The notes under the pieces: model-generated
What the model was told of the DNA's origin: nothing
Databases searched by the model: none
Seen by the model: only the letters and a program-made list of their open reading frames with translations
Translations under genes and position numbers: made by a program
From: a virus
Lineage: Duplodnaviria; Caudoviricetes
DNA length: 64,000 nt
Strand: one strand, 5' to 3'
Virus record (IMG/VR): IMGVR_UViG_3300032332_001507
Span: 1-64,000 of that record
Shown here: positions 17,521 through 28,398 of the stretch, piece after piece
Position numbering within the stretch: position 1 is the stretch's first letter
How the letters are laid out: each line of letters begins with the position of its first letter

Positions 17521-18384
17521 ATGAATATATTAGTAACAGGAGGAGCGGGATTCATAGGATCTAACCTAATACTTAAACTTAAAGATAAACATCCCGAATC
17601 TAATATCACAGTATTAGATAACTATTTTACAGGAAAAATAGAAAATCACATATCTGGTGTTGAATATGTACGTGGAAATACATGGGATGCCGAGGAATTA
17701 TTAGGTGATTATAAATTTGATGTTGTATATCACTTTGGTGAATACTCTCGAATAGTTAAATCATTTGACGATATTGATTATGTAGTTAAAACTATACTAC
17801 ATGGTACTCCTATTATTTTAAAACTATGTTTAAAATGGAATGCTAAATTAATATATTCTGCTTCTTCATCTAAGTTTGGAAACAATGGTAAGGATGAAAA
17901 TTTATCTCCATATGCTTGGTGTAAAGCTAAAATAGTAGAATTAATAAAAAATTATTCAAAATGGTTTGGCCTTAAATACGAAATATGTTACTTTTACAAC
18001 GTATATGGACCCAAGCAGATAACTGAGGGAGATTACGCTACTGTAATAGGAATATTTGAAAAACAATATAAAGAAAATAAACCTTTAACTGTAGTTGAAC
18101 CTGGTACTCAAAGTAGAGACTTCACTCATATAGAAGATATAGTAGATGGCTTAATACAGGTTATAAAATGTGACTCACAACATGAATGGCATCTTAGATC
18201 AGGACGCAATGTGCCTATTTTAGAAATAGTAAAAATGTTTAATCACGAATGGAAATTTATTCCTGAAAGAAAGGGTGAAAGATTTAATAGTGAAGAGTTT
18301 TATTCTGATACTAAAGAAAAATTAAATTGGGAACCCAAACATACTTTAGAAAACTGGATAAATAAAATAAAAAATGAAAATTAG
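17521..18384 (+). CDS. NAD-dependent nucleotide-sugar epimerase/dehydratase (extended SDR)
   Basis: TGGAGFIG, YAWCK (YxxxK), YNVYGP, RDFTHIEDI. Confidence 0.9.
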   Translation: MNILVTGGAGFIGSNLILKLKDKHPESNITVLDNYFTGKIENHISGVEYVRGNTWDAEELLGDYKFDVVYHFGEYSRIVKSFDDIDYVVKTILHGTPIILKLCLKWNAKLIYSASSSKFGNNGKDENLSPYAWCKAKIVELIKNYSKWFGLKYEICYFYNVYGPKQITEGDYATVIGIFEKQYKENKPLTVVEPGTQSRDFTHIEDIVDGLIQVIKCDSQHEWHLRSGRNVPILEIVKMFNHEWKFIPERKGERFNSEEFYSDTKEKLNWEPKHTLENWINKIKNEN

Positions 18385-18994
18385 TTATGCAATCACAGTC
18401 TGTAACGAGTTAGAAGAAGTAAGTCGTTTACTCAATTTTCTCCATCAACATAAACGCCCTAAAGATGAAATATGTGTTTTATTAGATAAACCAAAAGCAT
18501 CACCACAATTATTAGCTGAGCTTTATTATTGGACATCTAAAAATATTATCATCTTAAAAGAAAGTGCGTTTCAAGGACATTTTGCTGATTGGAAAAATGA
18601 ATTAAATAAAATGTGTTCGGGTGATTACATCTTCCAAATTGATGCAGATGAATTACCCAATGAAGAATTGCTAGAATCACTCCCAGATATACTATCTAAT
18701 TCAGAATCTGATGTTGTTTTGACTCCCAGAATTAATATTGTAGAAGGCATTACACCTCAACATTTACAAATGTGGGGTTGGAAACAAAATGATAAAGGAT
18801 GGGTCCAATGGCCTGACTATCAGTGGAGAATATTTAAAAATACTTCAAGTATTAATTGGAAAAATAAAATACATGAGATATTAGATGGGTATAAGACATA
18901 CGCATTTTTACCTGAGTTTGAAGAATATTCTTTATATCATTATAAACATATATCAAGACAAGAATCGCAAAATAATTTTTATAATAAGTTATGA
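18374..18994 (+). CDS. GT2 glycosyltransferase
   Basis: ISYAITVCNE, FQIDADE, WKNKIHE. Confidence 0.85.
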   Translation: MKISYAITVCNELEEVSRLLNFLHQHKRPKDEICVLLDKPKASPQLLAELYYWTSKNIIILKESAFQGHFADWKNELNKMCSGDYIFQIDADELPNEELLESLPDILSNSESDVVLTPRINIVEGITPQHLQMWGWKQNDKGWVQWPDYQWRIFKNTSSINWKNKIHEILDGYKTYAFLPEFEEYSLYHYKHISRQESQNNFYNKL

Positions 18995-20046
18995 GAAAAC
19001 AAGATATTAAAAAAACAGCCTTAGTATTAGGTGGAGGTGGATTCATTGGTGGACACCTTGCAAAACGACTTAAAAATGAAGGATTTTGGGTCCGTATTGT
19101 AGATATTAAAGAAAAACATGAATACTGGAAACATGAAGACATATGTCATGAGTATATTCAGGGTGATTTAAGAGATCCAATGTTAGTTAGTAAAATAATA
19201 TTTGCCCCAAACCAAATATCTGAATCTGATAAAGTAAATTCATTTGATGAAGTTTATCAACTAGCAGCAGATATGGGTGGAGCAGGTTACATCTTTACAG
19301 GTGAAAATGACGCCAATGTAATGCATAACTCAGCTTTAATTAACCTGAATGTGGCATATGAAGCGTCTAAAAAATCAGTTAAACGAGTATTTTATAGTTC
19401 ATCAGCTTGTATGTACCCAGAACATAACCAATTAGATCCTAATAATCCTAATTGTAAAGAATCAAGTGCATACCCAGCAAATCCAGACTCAGAATATGGA
19501 TGGGAAAAGTTATTTAGTGAACGTTTATTTTTAGCATTTAATCGTAATTATAAATTAGATGTTCGAGTAGCTAGATTCCATAATATATTTGGACCTATGG
19601 GAACATGGAATGGAGGTAAGGAAAAGGCACCAGCAGCTATGTGTCGTAAAGTAGCTGAGTCGTTAATGGATGGTGAAATTGAAGTATGGGGTGATGGACA
19701 ACAAACCCGTTCATTTCTTTATATAGATGAGTGCATTGAAATGGTACTCCGTTTTATGAGACAAGACGAATTCCTAGGCCCAGTCAATATTGGATCAGAA
19801 GAAATGGTTACTATTAATCAATTAGCAGAAATGGCTATTGAAGTAGCTAATAAAAGAGCATATGTTAAAAATATTGCTGGTGAAGAATTTAAAGCTAAGT
19901 ATGGTTTCAAATGCCCTGTAGGTGTTAGAGGCAGAAACTCAGATAATAAATTATATAAAGAAAAAGTAGGATGGGAGCCAACCCAGCCGTTAATTGACGG
20001 TATGAGAAAAACATACCAGTGGATAAATAAACAATTACATAAATAA
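18991..20046 (+). CDS. GDP-mannose 3,5-epimerase-like SDR
   Basis: LAADMGGAGYI, SSSACMYPE, YGWEKL, RFHNIFGP, EKAPAAMCRK, GVRGRNSDN. Confidence 0.85.
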   Translation: MRKQDIKKTALVLGGGGFIGGHLAKRLKNEGFWVRIVDIKEKHEYWKHEDICHEYIQGDLRDPMLVSKIIFAPNQISESDKVNSFDEVYQLAADMGGAGYIFTGENDANVMHNSALINLNVAYEASKKSVKRVFYSSSACMYPEHNQLDPNNPNCKESSAYPANPDSEYGWEKLFSERLFLAFNRNYKLDVRVARFHNIFGPMGTWNGGKEKAPAAMCRKVAESLMDGEIEVWGDGQQTRSFLYIDECIEMVLRFMRQDEFLGPVNIGSEEMVTINQLAEMAIEVANKRAYVKNIAGEEFKAKYGFKCPVGVRGRNSDNKLYKEKVGWEPTQPLIDGMRKTYQWINKQLHK

Positions 20047-20047
20047 T

Positions 20048-20611
20048 ATGATATACAATACTCACAGTCAAATAACTGTCAAAGGAGAAAAAGGACTAAC
20101 ACCTTTTGAACTATTCGAAAAATATAAATTTAATCATAATATCTTTTTTGAAACAGGAACTCACCATGGAGACGGTGTAATGAAAGCTTTAGAACTTGGT
20201 TTCAATAAAGTACTCTCAGTAGAAATAGACCAAAATTATTTTTTAGAATGTTATGATAAATTTACAGAAGAAATAATTCAAGGTAAAGTTCATTTATTTT
20301 TTGGAGATTCTAATGCTTGGATGACCCATATGTTAAAACTAATAAAAGAACCAACTCTATTTTGGCTAGATGGCCACCCAGATGGAATCAGTGGGAATCC
20401 GCTATGGGGAGAATTAGAATCTATAAAACACCATAGTATTAAAAACCATACAATTTTAATAGATGATATTCCTATTTATTTTAATCCTAAAGAGGTAGAG
20501 AGCAAATTATTAGAAATAAATCCTAATTATACTTTTACATATGAAAATGCTCTTAATAAAAGTAATGGAGATGTATATAAAGATTACCATCTAGCAGCGT
20601 ATATAAAATAA
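20048..20611 (+). CDS. Class I SAM-dependent methyltransferase-like
   Basis: FETGT..GD, SVEID, GDS, FWLDGH, ILIDD. Confidence 0.7.
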   Translation: MIYNTHSQITVKGEKGLTPFELFEKYKFNHNIFFETGTHHGDGVMKALELGFNKVLSVEIDQNYFLECYDKFTEEIIQGKVHLFFGDSNAWMTHMLKLIKEPTLFWLDGHPDGISGNPLWGELESIKHHSIKNHTILIDDIPIYFNPKEVESKLLEINPNYTFTYENALNKSNGDVYKDYHLAAYIK

Positions 20612-20615
20612 AATT

Positions 20616-20960
20616 ATGAATTATAAAGAAACAAGACCTTGGGGAACATTTGAAAATTTACTAGATACAGACTATTGTAAAGTAAAAACCATCACTATTA
20701 AACCAGGACAGGCTCCTAGTTATCAATACCATTATAAAAGAAGTGAAGTATATGTTATTGTTAAAGGAAAAGCACTAATTAAATTAGATGATGTTGAAAA
20801 AGAATACAATGTGGGAGACACAATCATAATCCCAGTATTAACTAAACATCGTGTTACTAATATAGGAAATGAAGATTTAATTTTTATTGAAGTACAACAT
20901 GGTGAATATTTTGGAGAAGATGATATTGTTAGAATAGAAGATAATTATGACAGAATATAA
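20616..20960 (+). CDS. Cupin (type II mannose-6-phosphate isomerase C-terminal-like)
   Basis: RPWG, SYQYH.KRSE, HR..N, IEVQ.GEY.GEDDIVR. Confidence 0.85.
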   Translation: MNYKETRPWGTFENLLDTDYCKVKTITIKPGQAPSYQYHYKRSEVYVIVKGKALIKLDDVEKEYNVGDTIIIPVLTKHRVTNIGNEDLIFIEVQHGEYFGEDDIVRIEDNYDRI

Positions 20961-22485
20961 AGTATTAATAACAACAAGTGGTTTAGGTAGCAGATTAGGA
21001 GAATTAACTGATTATACTAATAAATGTTTAGTTCGAATCACAGATAAACCAGCTATATCTCACATAGTAGAAGGATACCCAGTTGACACTAAATTTGTAA
21101 TCACATTAGGACATTTTGGTTCGCATGTAAAGCAATTCCTTCAATTAGCTTACCCAGACCGAAATTTTACATTTGTGGAAGTAGATAAATATAAAGGAAA
21201 AGGTTCTAGTTTAGGTTATTCAATATTAAAATGTAAACAAGAACTTCAATGTCCATTTATATTTCATGCCTCTGATACTATATTAGAAAAATATACTCCT
21301 GAGCCTATTGATAACAATTATATAGTATGTGCCCATAAAATTGATTCTTCACAGTATCGAACTGTACATCTCAGTAATGGTAAACTAGTTAAAATTAATG
21401 AAAAAGGAGCTTTAGGTTTTGATTTTTCATATATTGGAGTAGCAGGAATAAAAGATTTTAAATTATTTTTCAATAAACTAGAATCTCTTATTAATAACGA
21501 ACATGTAGACACTTCTGACGTTCATGCTATTAATTTAATGCTACCTGATACTGATTTCAAATCCATATGGGTACAAGGTGAAAATTGGTTTGATATAGGT
21601 AATACAACTGAGTTAATTAAAACTAGAAAATCATTTAAATCAAGTATAGAAGTTTTAGATAAAAAAGATGAGTCTATATTTTTCTTTAATGATTTTGTAA
21701 TTAAATTTTTCTCTAATTCTAAAATAAACAAAAGTAGAGTTATACGAGCTCAATATTTAAAAGGATTAGTTCCTGAAGTTATAGACTCAACTGAGAATTT
21801 TTATAAATATAAAAAGGCAGAAGGAAAATTATTCTCTAAATCAGTTAAGAAAAAAACATTTTTAGATTTTTTAAAATGGTCTAAAACAAATTTATGGGTA
21901 TCTAAACAAGATAATGATTTTAAAACTAAATGTTTTAATTTTTACATTAATAAAACTAAAAGTAGAATAGCAGAATATCTTAAAAACAATATTGAAGCAG
22001 ATTATATTAATGGAGAAAATATTCCTGATGTCTATGATCTAATAGAATGTATTGATAGCGAATGGCTATCAGATGGATTACCCAGTCAATTCCATGGTGA
22101 TTTTATTTTAGATAATATTATTGAAACAGAAGATGGATTTTGTTTAATAGATTGGAGACAAGATTTTGCTGGTGATTTAGAGGTAGGTGATATATATTAC
22201 GATTTAGCTAAATTAAATCATAATCTAACCGTAAATCATGATATTGTAGGGAAAAATTTATTTAACCCATCACCTGATAACTGTTATATATTAACTAATA
22301 GTACATTAAATGAATGTAGAGAAGAATTACATTCTTTTATTAAAGATAATTTGTATGATATTAAAAAAGTTAATATATTAACATCGTTAATATGGATTAA
22401 TATGGCTCCACTCCATGAGTACCCATTTAATAATTTTTTATTTAATTTCGGAAAATATAATTTATATCAAAATTTGAAGTCATGA
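20947..22485 (+). CDS. Bifunctional sugar nucleotidyltransferase / APH-like phosphotransferase
   Basis: N-term GLGSRL...NKCLV, WFDIGN; C-term HGDFILDNII, LIDWRQ, YYDLAKL. Confidence 0.8.
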   Translation: MTEYKVLITTSGLGSRLGELTDYTNKCLVRITDKPAISHIVEGYPVDTKFVITLGHFGSHVKQFLQLAYPDRNFTFVEVDKYKGKGSSLGYSILKCKQELQCPFIFHASDTILEKYTPEPIDNNYIVCAHKIDSSQYRTVHLSNGKLVKINEKGALGFDFSYIGVAGIKDFKLFFNKLESLINNEHVDTSDVHAINLMLPDTDFKSIWVQGENWFDIGNTTELIKTRKSFKSSIEVLDKKDESIFFFNDFVIKFFSNSKINKSRVIRAQYLKGLVPEVIDSTENFYKYKKAEGKLFSKSVKKKTFLDFLKWSKTNLWVSKQDNDFKTKCFNFYINKTKSRIAEYLKNNIEADYINGENIPDVYDLIECIDSEWLSDGLPSQFHGDFILDNIIETEDGFCLIDWRQDFAGDLEVGDIYYDLAKLNHNLTVNHDIVGKNLFNPSPDNCYILTNSTLNECREELHSFIKDNLYDIKKVNILTSLIWINMAPLHEYPFNNFLFNFGKYNLYQNLKS

Positions 22486-23051
22486 GTCCAACATTACAAA
22501 ACGCAATAAATGTAGCTTTACTAATAGGCGATAATTCTTTAATAGATGTAACGGAATTTGGGGTATTTAAAGGCTCTACAGTCTCACAATTAAGAAATAG
22601 TTTTACACACCCAACTCCAGTTTATGGATTTGATACATTTACTGGTCTTCCTGAAGATTGGGAAGGAACAGATGTTAAAAAAGGAGATTTTAATTTAGAA
22701 GGCAATATCCCAAATATACTTGGGGTTACATTCTATAAAGGAATATTCTCAGATACTATCCCAGAATATTTAAAAGTAGCTAAACCTTTAAAATTACTTC
22801 ATGTTGATTGTGATTTATATTCATCTACACAAGATGTTTTATATTCATTAAATCATCTTATATTACGTGGTACAGTAATATGTTTTGATGAATGGTATTA
22901 TAATGGTGAAGATATTCCTGAGAATAGACAACATGAACAAAAATGTTTTTATGAATGGGTAAAAGATAAAAATAGAGAGTTTATTATATTCAAAGCCAAT
23001 ATTGGTGATAGATATGAATCACAACGTCGTATAATATTAATAACTAAATAA
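22482..23051 (+). CDS. TylF/MycF-family O-methyltransferase
   Basis: EFGVFKG, GFDTF.GLPE, HVDCDLY.ST, FDE. Confidence 0.85.
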   Translation: MSPTLQNAINVALLIGDNSLIDVTEFGVFKGSTVSQLRNSFTHPTPVYGFDTFTGLPEDWEGTDVKKGDFNLEGNIPNILGVTFYKGIFSDTIPEYLKVAKPLKLLHVDCDLYSSTQDVLYSLNHLILRGTVICFDEWYYNGEDIPENRQHEQKCFYEWVKDKNREFIIFKANIGDRYESQRRIILITK

Positions 23052-23052
23052 T

Positions 23053-24030
23053 ATGGAACCTAAATATTTTATAGGACCAATGTCCAAAAATGTAGTAGAT
23101 TCTATTATAGAATTTTGCAACGAAACAAATAATGTTATAGGATTAATTCCATCCCGCCGTCAAGTAGAATGGGATGGAGGATATGTTAATAATTGGACAA
23201 CTAGAGAGTTTGCTAAGTATGTTAAATCTAAAACAGATAAAATATTATTAGTTCGAGATCATTCTGGCCCAAAACAAGGCCAGGTTGATGATAATGGTTA
23301 TTTCTCTTTAAGTGAAGATTGTAAATATTTAGACATTATTCACATTGATCCATGGAAAAAATACCAAACATTCTCAGAAGGTGTAGAAGAAACTATCAAA
23401 ATGATTGAATACTGCTACAATCTAAACCCAGATATCCAATATGAAGTAGGTACTGAAGAAGCAATTAGACGATTTGAACCATATGAATTAAATGATTTAG
23501 TACATCAACTTAAATCTAAATTAAGCCCTGAAGTATTTAATCAAATTCAATATTTAGTAATCCAATCTGGTACATCATTAAAAGGAACAAACCAAACAGG
23601 TAATTACGATTCTGCTAGATTAAAAGAGATGATTAATGTATGTAAACACCATAATCTTATTTCTAAAGAACATAATGGAGATTATATACCTGTTTCTACT
23701 ATTAAAGAAAAATTTGATTTAGGATTAAAGTCAATTAATATTGCTCCTGAATTTGGGTTAATTGAAACATTAACTTATTTAGATAAGATAACTGATCCTA
23801 ATGTGTTTGAAGAGTATTTTCAAATATGTTATGATTCTAAAAAATGGGAAAAATGGGTTAATGAAGACTTCGATCCATTTACTCAAAAGCGAGACTTAAT
23901 AGAAATATGCGGACATTATGTTTTATCAAACCCAGAATTTTTATCTAAAGTAAAATCTCATTTTTTAGATATCGACATTAAAATTAAATCTAGTATCAAA
24001 AATAAATTAAATGAATTATATGGATACTAG
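23053..24030 (+). CDS. GatZ/KbaZ-like TIM-barrel (ketose-phosphate aldolase/epimerase-like)
   Basis: SRRQV...GGY, DH.GP, IHIDP, YEVGTEE, EHNGDY, INIAPEFG. Confidence 0.65.
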   Translation: MEPKYFIGPMSKNVVDSIIEFCNETNNVIGLIPSRRQVEWDGGYVNNWTTREFAKYVKSKTDKILLVRDHSGPKQGQVDDNGYFSLSEDCKYLDIIHIDPWKKYQTFSEGVEETIKMIEYCYNLNPDIQYEVGTEEAIRRFEPYELNDLVHQLKSKLSPEVFNQIQYLVIQSGTSLKGTNQTGNYDSARLKEMINVCKHHNLISKEHNGDYIPVSTIKEKFDLGLKSINIAPEFGLIETLTYLDKITDPNVFEEYFQICYDSKKWEKWVNEDFDPFTQKRDLIEICGHYVLSNPEFLSKVKSHFLDIDIKIKSSIKNKLNELYGY

Positions 24031-24379
24031 GCCTAAAACTATTATTTGTGATATTGATGGTACCTTAGTACGACACTACGATCCTCATACTGTAAGTAAA
24101 TCTACATACAAAATGGAATTATTAGAAGGTACTATTGAAAAATTACTAGAATGGGAAAGAAAAGGATATAATATTATTCTTTTAACTGGTAGAAAAGAAT
24201 CAATGAGAAAAGTTACTGAGCAACAATTATCTAATGCCGGAGTATTTTACGACCAATTAATAATGGGTGTTGGAGGAGGTCCTCGATACTTAATTAACGA
24301 CTATAAACCAGATGGAACGGAGTCGGCATTTTCAATCAATGTGGAAAGAAATAGTGGGATTAAAGAATTAGATATATGA
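24020..24379 (+). CDS. HAD-superfamily phosphatase
   Basis: CDIDGTL, LTGR, LIND. Confidence 0.8.
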   Translation: MDTRPKTIICDIDGTLVRHYDPHTVSKSTYKMELLEGTIEKLLEWERKGYNIILLTGRKESMRKVTEQQLSNAGVFYDQLIMGVGGGPRYLINDYKPDGTESAFSINVERNSGIKELDI

Positions 24380-25485
24380 TTTTATTTTGTAATACATTTA
24401 TAACAGAAACAAAACCAACAGTTGGAAAAGGATATGTATTTAGAGAAAATTTAAAATCGTTTTCTAACTTTGATATTTTTAAATATTCATTAGCTAGTTT
24501 AGCTGTTGCTTATCCTTGGAGTAAAGTTATTCTTAAAATAACATTAGATGATATATATAAATCTCGTCAACAAGAATTAGAAGATTTTATTAAAAGTGAA
24601 TTTAAAAAATTTGATTTAATCTTAGAATGGCAAAGAAATGAATATCAAAATGATTGGATACAAGATTACAAATTATTAAATGATGATTTAATATGGTTTT
24701 ATTGCAATCACGACCATATATTTTTTGATTCTAATACCCAACATTTAGGAGAACTAGTAAATGAAATGAGAAATGAAAATTTATGCTCATTACAATTTTC
24801 CCACTGGCCCGAAAATATCAGAATGGCTAAACTTGGAGGCTCAGATATTACTAGAAATCCATCAACATATTGTATCCATAACAACTCTATTTCAATTATA
24901 TCAACTAATTTTGATAGCATCCAGATCATAACTAAAGATCTATATTATAGTTGGTGGTGTGAGGGAGAATTCAATCATGTTAGATTACCACGTCCTGACT
25001 TTTTTGGAATAGGGTTAGTAGAGATTAAACCAATCCCACATCATAAAGTTATAATCCCATTAAAAGAAATATGTAGGCATTTTGATGGATACCAACATGT
25101 TTATCCTCAAATAACCAACAACCAATGTCCTGCTATAGATATACCTTATGGATTTTTTGAAAACGATATCAAGATAAGATATGGTTATAATGATTATAAA
25201 GAAGGATGGATTAATATAAATCCTATAAATCCTAATTACTATGCATATGATAAGACAGGTGTTGATTATAAATTTACTTTAGAAGATTTACCTTTAGTTT
25301 GGAAAAATAGAATTTCTACTATAGATTCAAATCCAGATATAGATGAAGAAGAAATGCTTCAGTACCGTTTAAAATCAGTTTTAGAAATGATATATACTTC
25401 TGACATGTTTATTATTGATAAAGAAGTAGAAACCAAAATATTAAACAATTATTTAAAACCTTTCAATTACAATTTAGATGCTTAA
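24376..25485 (+). CDS. Hypothetical, possible GT-A glycosyltransferase
   Basis: NHDHIF and CRHFDGY motifs; location in glycan operon. Confidence 0.45.
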   Translation: MILFCNTFITETKPTVGKGYVFRENLKSFSNFDIFKYSLASLAVAYPWSKVILKITLDDIYKSRQQELEDFIKSEFKKFDLILEWQRNEYQNDWIQDYKLLNDDLIWFYCNHDHIFFDSNTQHLGELVNEMRNENLCSLQFSHWPENIRMAKLGGSDITRNPSTYCIHNNSISIISTNFDSIQIITKDLYYSWWCEGEFNHVRLPRPDFFGIGLVEIKPIPHHKVIIPLKEICRHFDGYQHVYPQITNNQCPAIDIPYGFFENDIKIRYGYNDYKEGWININPINPNYYAYDKTGVDYKFTLEDLPLVWKNRISTIDSNPDIDEEEMLQYRLKSVLEMIYTSDMFIIDKEVETKILNNYLKPFNYNLDA

Positions 25486-26338
25486 AATATTCTCTAATTT
25501 TATAGGAGCAAATGAATTTGAATCAGCACTTACAGATGATTTAAAATCTAAACCAATAACTGTATTTAATGATTATCCCATTACTTCTTTAGAAGAACTA
25601 AAAATTAATCCATATAACATATTAATAGTCTCAGAACCAAATCAATTATTTGGAATCCATGATTGGGTAGTAAATAATTATCATTTTTTTGATATAATAT
25701 TAGCCTGGGGGCAAGATATATTAGATAAATGTCCTAATGCTTTATTTTTTCCATTTGGAATAAGTTGGTTAGATAAAGAATATATTGATGGTATAGATAG
25801 CATTGATAAAAAATTTGAAGTATCATTTTTATGTGGTGCTAAACAAAGAATTGAAGGTCACCATCTAAGACACAGATTATATAAAAGACATAACGAAATT
25901 ACTATTCCTACACAATGGTATTACACATTAGAAGATTACCAATATAATAACGGTAACCACACTATTGTTAAATATGAAGACAAATCACCAGGATATGAAA
26001 AGAAAAAATTATGGAATAGTATGTTTTCAATTTGTATAGAAAATTCTTCAAATAGAGGATATCATACTGAGAAAGTGATAGATGCTTTTTTATCTAAAAC
26101 TATTCCTATATATTGGGGATGTCCAAATTTAGAAGAATTAGGATATAATCCTGATGGGTTTATATATTGTCAAAATGAGGATGAAATTATTACTGTTGTA
26201 AATAAACTAACTCCTGAGTATTACTATAATAAAAAAGAAGCTATAGATTATAATTTTAAATTAGCTAAGCATTATGCTAATATATTTGGCAGATTTAAAG
26301 ATACTTTAGAAGAAATTGTTGAATTTAATAATTTATAA
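25478..26338 (+). CDS. GT10 (alpha-1,3-fucosyltransferase-like) glycosyltransferase
   Basis: FSICIENS...YHTEKVIDAF..KTIPIYWG. Confidence 0.8.
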   Translation: MLKIFSNFIGANEFESALTDDLKSKPITVFNDYPITSLEELKINPYNILIVSEPNQLFGIHDWVVNNYHFFDIILAWGQDILDKCPNALFFPFGISWLDKEYIDGIDSIDKKFEVSFLCGAKQRIEGHHLRHRLYKRHNEITIPTQWYYTLEDYQYNNGNHTIVKYEDKSPGYEKKKLWNSMFSICIENSSNRGYHTEKVIDAFLSKTIPIYWGCPNLEELGYNPDGFIYCQNEDEIITVVNKLTPEYYYNKKEAIDYNFKLAKHYANIFGRFKDTLEEIVEFNNL

Positions 26339-26340
26339 TC

Positions 26341-27447
26341 ATGTACGATTACATAATAGTAGGATCAGGATTTTTTGGTTCAATATGTGCATATGAATTA
26401 AATAAAAAAGGTTATAAGTGTTTAGTTTTAGAAAAACGAAACCACATTGGTGGAAATTGTTATACTGAAAATAAAGATGGAGTAAATCTCCATACTTATG
26501 GACCTCATATCTTTCATACATCTAATCATAATGTATGGGAATGGATAAACCAATTTGTATCATTTAATGATTTTACTCTTAGACCAGTAGCAAATTATAA
26601 AGGAGAAATATACTCTTTACCATTTAATATGTGGACCTTTTCTAAATTATGGAACATAACCCACCCAGACCAGGCTAAAAGAATAATTGAAGAGCAAAGT
26701 AAAGAAATAAATGAACCTGTTAATTTAGAAGAACAAGCGATCAAATTAGTTGGTAAAGATGTTTATGAAAAATTAATTAAAGGATACACATCTAAACAAT
26801 GGAGAAAAGATCCTAAAGAACTACCTAAGGAAATAATAAAACGCCTCCCAGTTCGATTTAATTACGATAACAACTATTTTAACGATAAATACCAGGGTAT
26901 TCCTATTGGGGGATACACTCAGATTTTTGATAAACTATTAGATGGAATTGAAGTAAAATTTAATATTGATTATTTGCAAGATAAAGAATATTGGAATGCT
27001 CAAGCTAAAAAAGTAATATATACCGGACCTATAGATGCCTACTTTAACTATCAATTTGGAGAATTAGAATACAAAACAACCAGATTTGACCATGTTAAAT
27101 TAAATATAGATAATTTTCAAGGTACGGCTATGATGAATTATACTGATGAAGATACTCCACATACTAGATGTATTGAACATAAACATTTTGAGAATACACA
27201 GTCACCAATAACCTGGATAACATGGGAATATCCGATTGAATATAAAGCTAAAGAAACTGAGCCATATTATCCTGTAAATGATAGTGAAAATAATTTTAAA
27301 TATTCTCAATATAAAAATTTGGCAAGTAACGAAAAAAATATTATATTTGGTGGCAGATTAGCAGAATATAAATACTATGACATGCATCAGGTAATTGAAT
27401 CCGCTTTAGAATTTATTAAAAACGAAATAAATAAAATATATAAATGA
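26341..27447 (+). CDS. glf: UDP-galactopyranose mutase
   Basis: IVGSG..G, HIGGNCY, YGPHIFH, YFND.YQGIP, EPYYP, GRLAEYKYYDM. Confidence 0.95.
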   Translation: MYDYIIVGSGFFGSICAYELNKKGYKCLVLEKRNHIGGNCYTENKDGVNLHTYGPHIFHTSNHNVWEWINQFVSFNDFTLRPVANYKGEIYSLPFNMWTFSKLWNITHPDQAKRIIEEQSKEINEPVNLEEQAIKLVGKDVYEKLIKGYTSKQWRKDPKELPKEIIKRLPVRFNYDNNYFNDKYQGIPIGGYTQIFDKLLDGIEVKFNIDYLQDKEYWNAQAKKVIYTGPIDAYFNYQFGELEYKTTRFDHVKLNIDNFQGTAMMNYTDEDTPHTRCIEHKHFENTQSPITWITWEYPIEYKAKETEPYYPVNDSENNFKYSQYKNLASNEKNIIFGGRLAEYKYYDMHQVIESALEFIKNEINKIYK

Positions 27448-28388
27448 AAACAATAGCAGTATTTAGTAATGTAACTACAGGTAAATTCCTACAACACACT
27501 CAGATGATAGATAAATACACTGAGTTAGAACAAATGCACGGGAATGATCAATCACGATATAATGAATATGTAGATTGCTGCCTAAAAAGTTTTAAAAAAT
27601 GGCACCCAGATATTGAAATGGTTTATGTCAATGATGATAATTTAGAAGAATACCTTAATTTATTTGGAAATCCAAAACTAATAAATAGTAGTGTAGCTCA
27701 GAAATTTGTTATAGCATATGAAGTAATGAAATATTGCAAAGCGGATAAATTAATAGTTTTAGATATTGATACTATTACTTGCGCTAGATTTACTGAGATG
27801 TTAGATGATAATGAGCATGATATTTTAGCTAGTTTAAACTATAATATACAAGATCGAACAGAATATTTTGAAACCCCTTTCTACACATTAGAATTTGAAG
27901 ATGGAACTGTAATTCAAGACAGCGCAAACCTAAACTCAGGAGTAATATGTTTTAATAATATAAAAGCTTTAGAAAGATGTGTTGAGTTGATGATAATCCA
28001 TCCTAGTGTATTTGGAGAACAAGGAGCGTTTAACGAATTAATATGGACAGAACAAACATTTTCTACTCGTATTTTAGATGGACCATATCTTACTAGTGAG
28101 GTAGTATATAATGTCAGATCTAAAGGAGTTAATTATACTAATCACATTTTTGATTTAGCATTAAATAATTTGTATCAATCTCCTATTTTTAACTATTATG
28201 TTAAAGATAATAAATTATTTACTCATGATCACAAACACATTAAAGTATGGCATATAGCAGAAGGATTACATGGAAGACCGTTAGAAGATTTTAACCGTTT
28301 AACACATCTTTATAAAACAAAATTATTCAATCAAGATACTATAAAGTTCTTTAAAGAAGAATGTGGATGCAATGAATTTTTTAATTAA
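27444..28388 (+). CDS. GT-A glycosyltransferase (GT8-like)
   Basis: LDIDT (DxD), LNSGV, EQGAFN. Confidence 0.6.
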   Translation: MKTIAVFSNVTTGKFLQHTQMIDKYTELEQMHGNDQSRYNEYVDCCLKSFKKWHPDIEMVYVNDDNLEEYLNLFGNPKLINSSVAQKFVIAYEVMKYCKADKLIVLDIDTITCARFTEMLDDNEHDILASLNYNIQDRTEYFETPFYTLEFEDGTVIQDSANLNSGVICFNNIKALERCVELMIIHPSVFGEQGAFNELIWTEQTFSTRILDGPYLTSEVVYNVRSKGVNYTNHIFDLALNNLYQSPIFNYYVKDNKLFTHDHKHIKVWHIAEGLHGRPLEDFNRLTHLYKTKLFNQDTIKFFKEECGCNEFFN

Positions 28389-28398
28389 TTTATAAATT

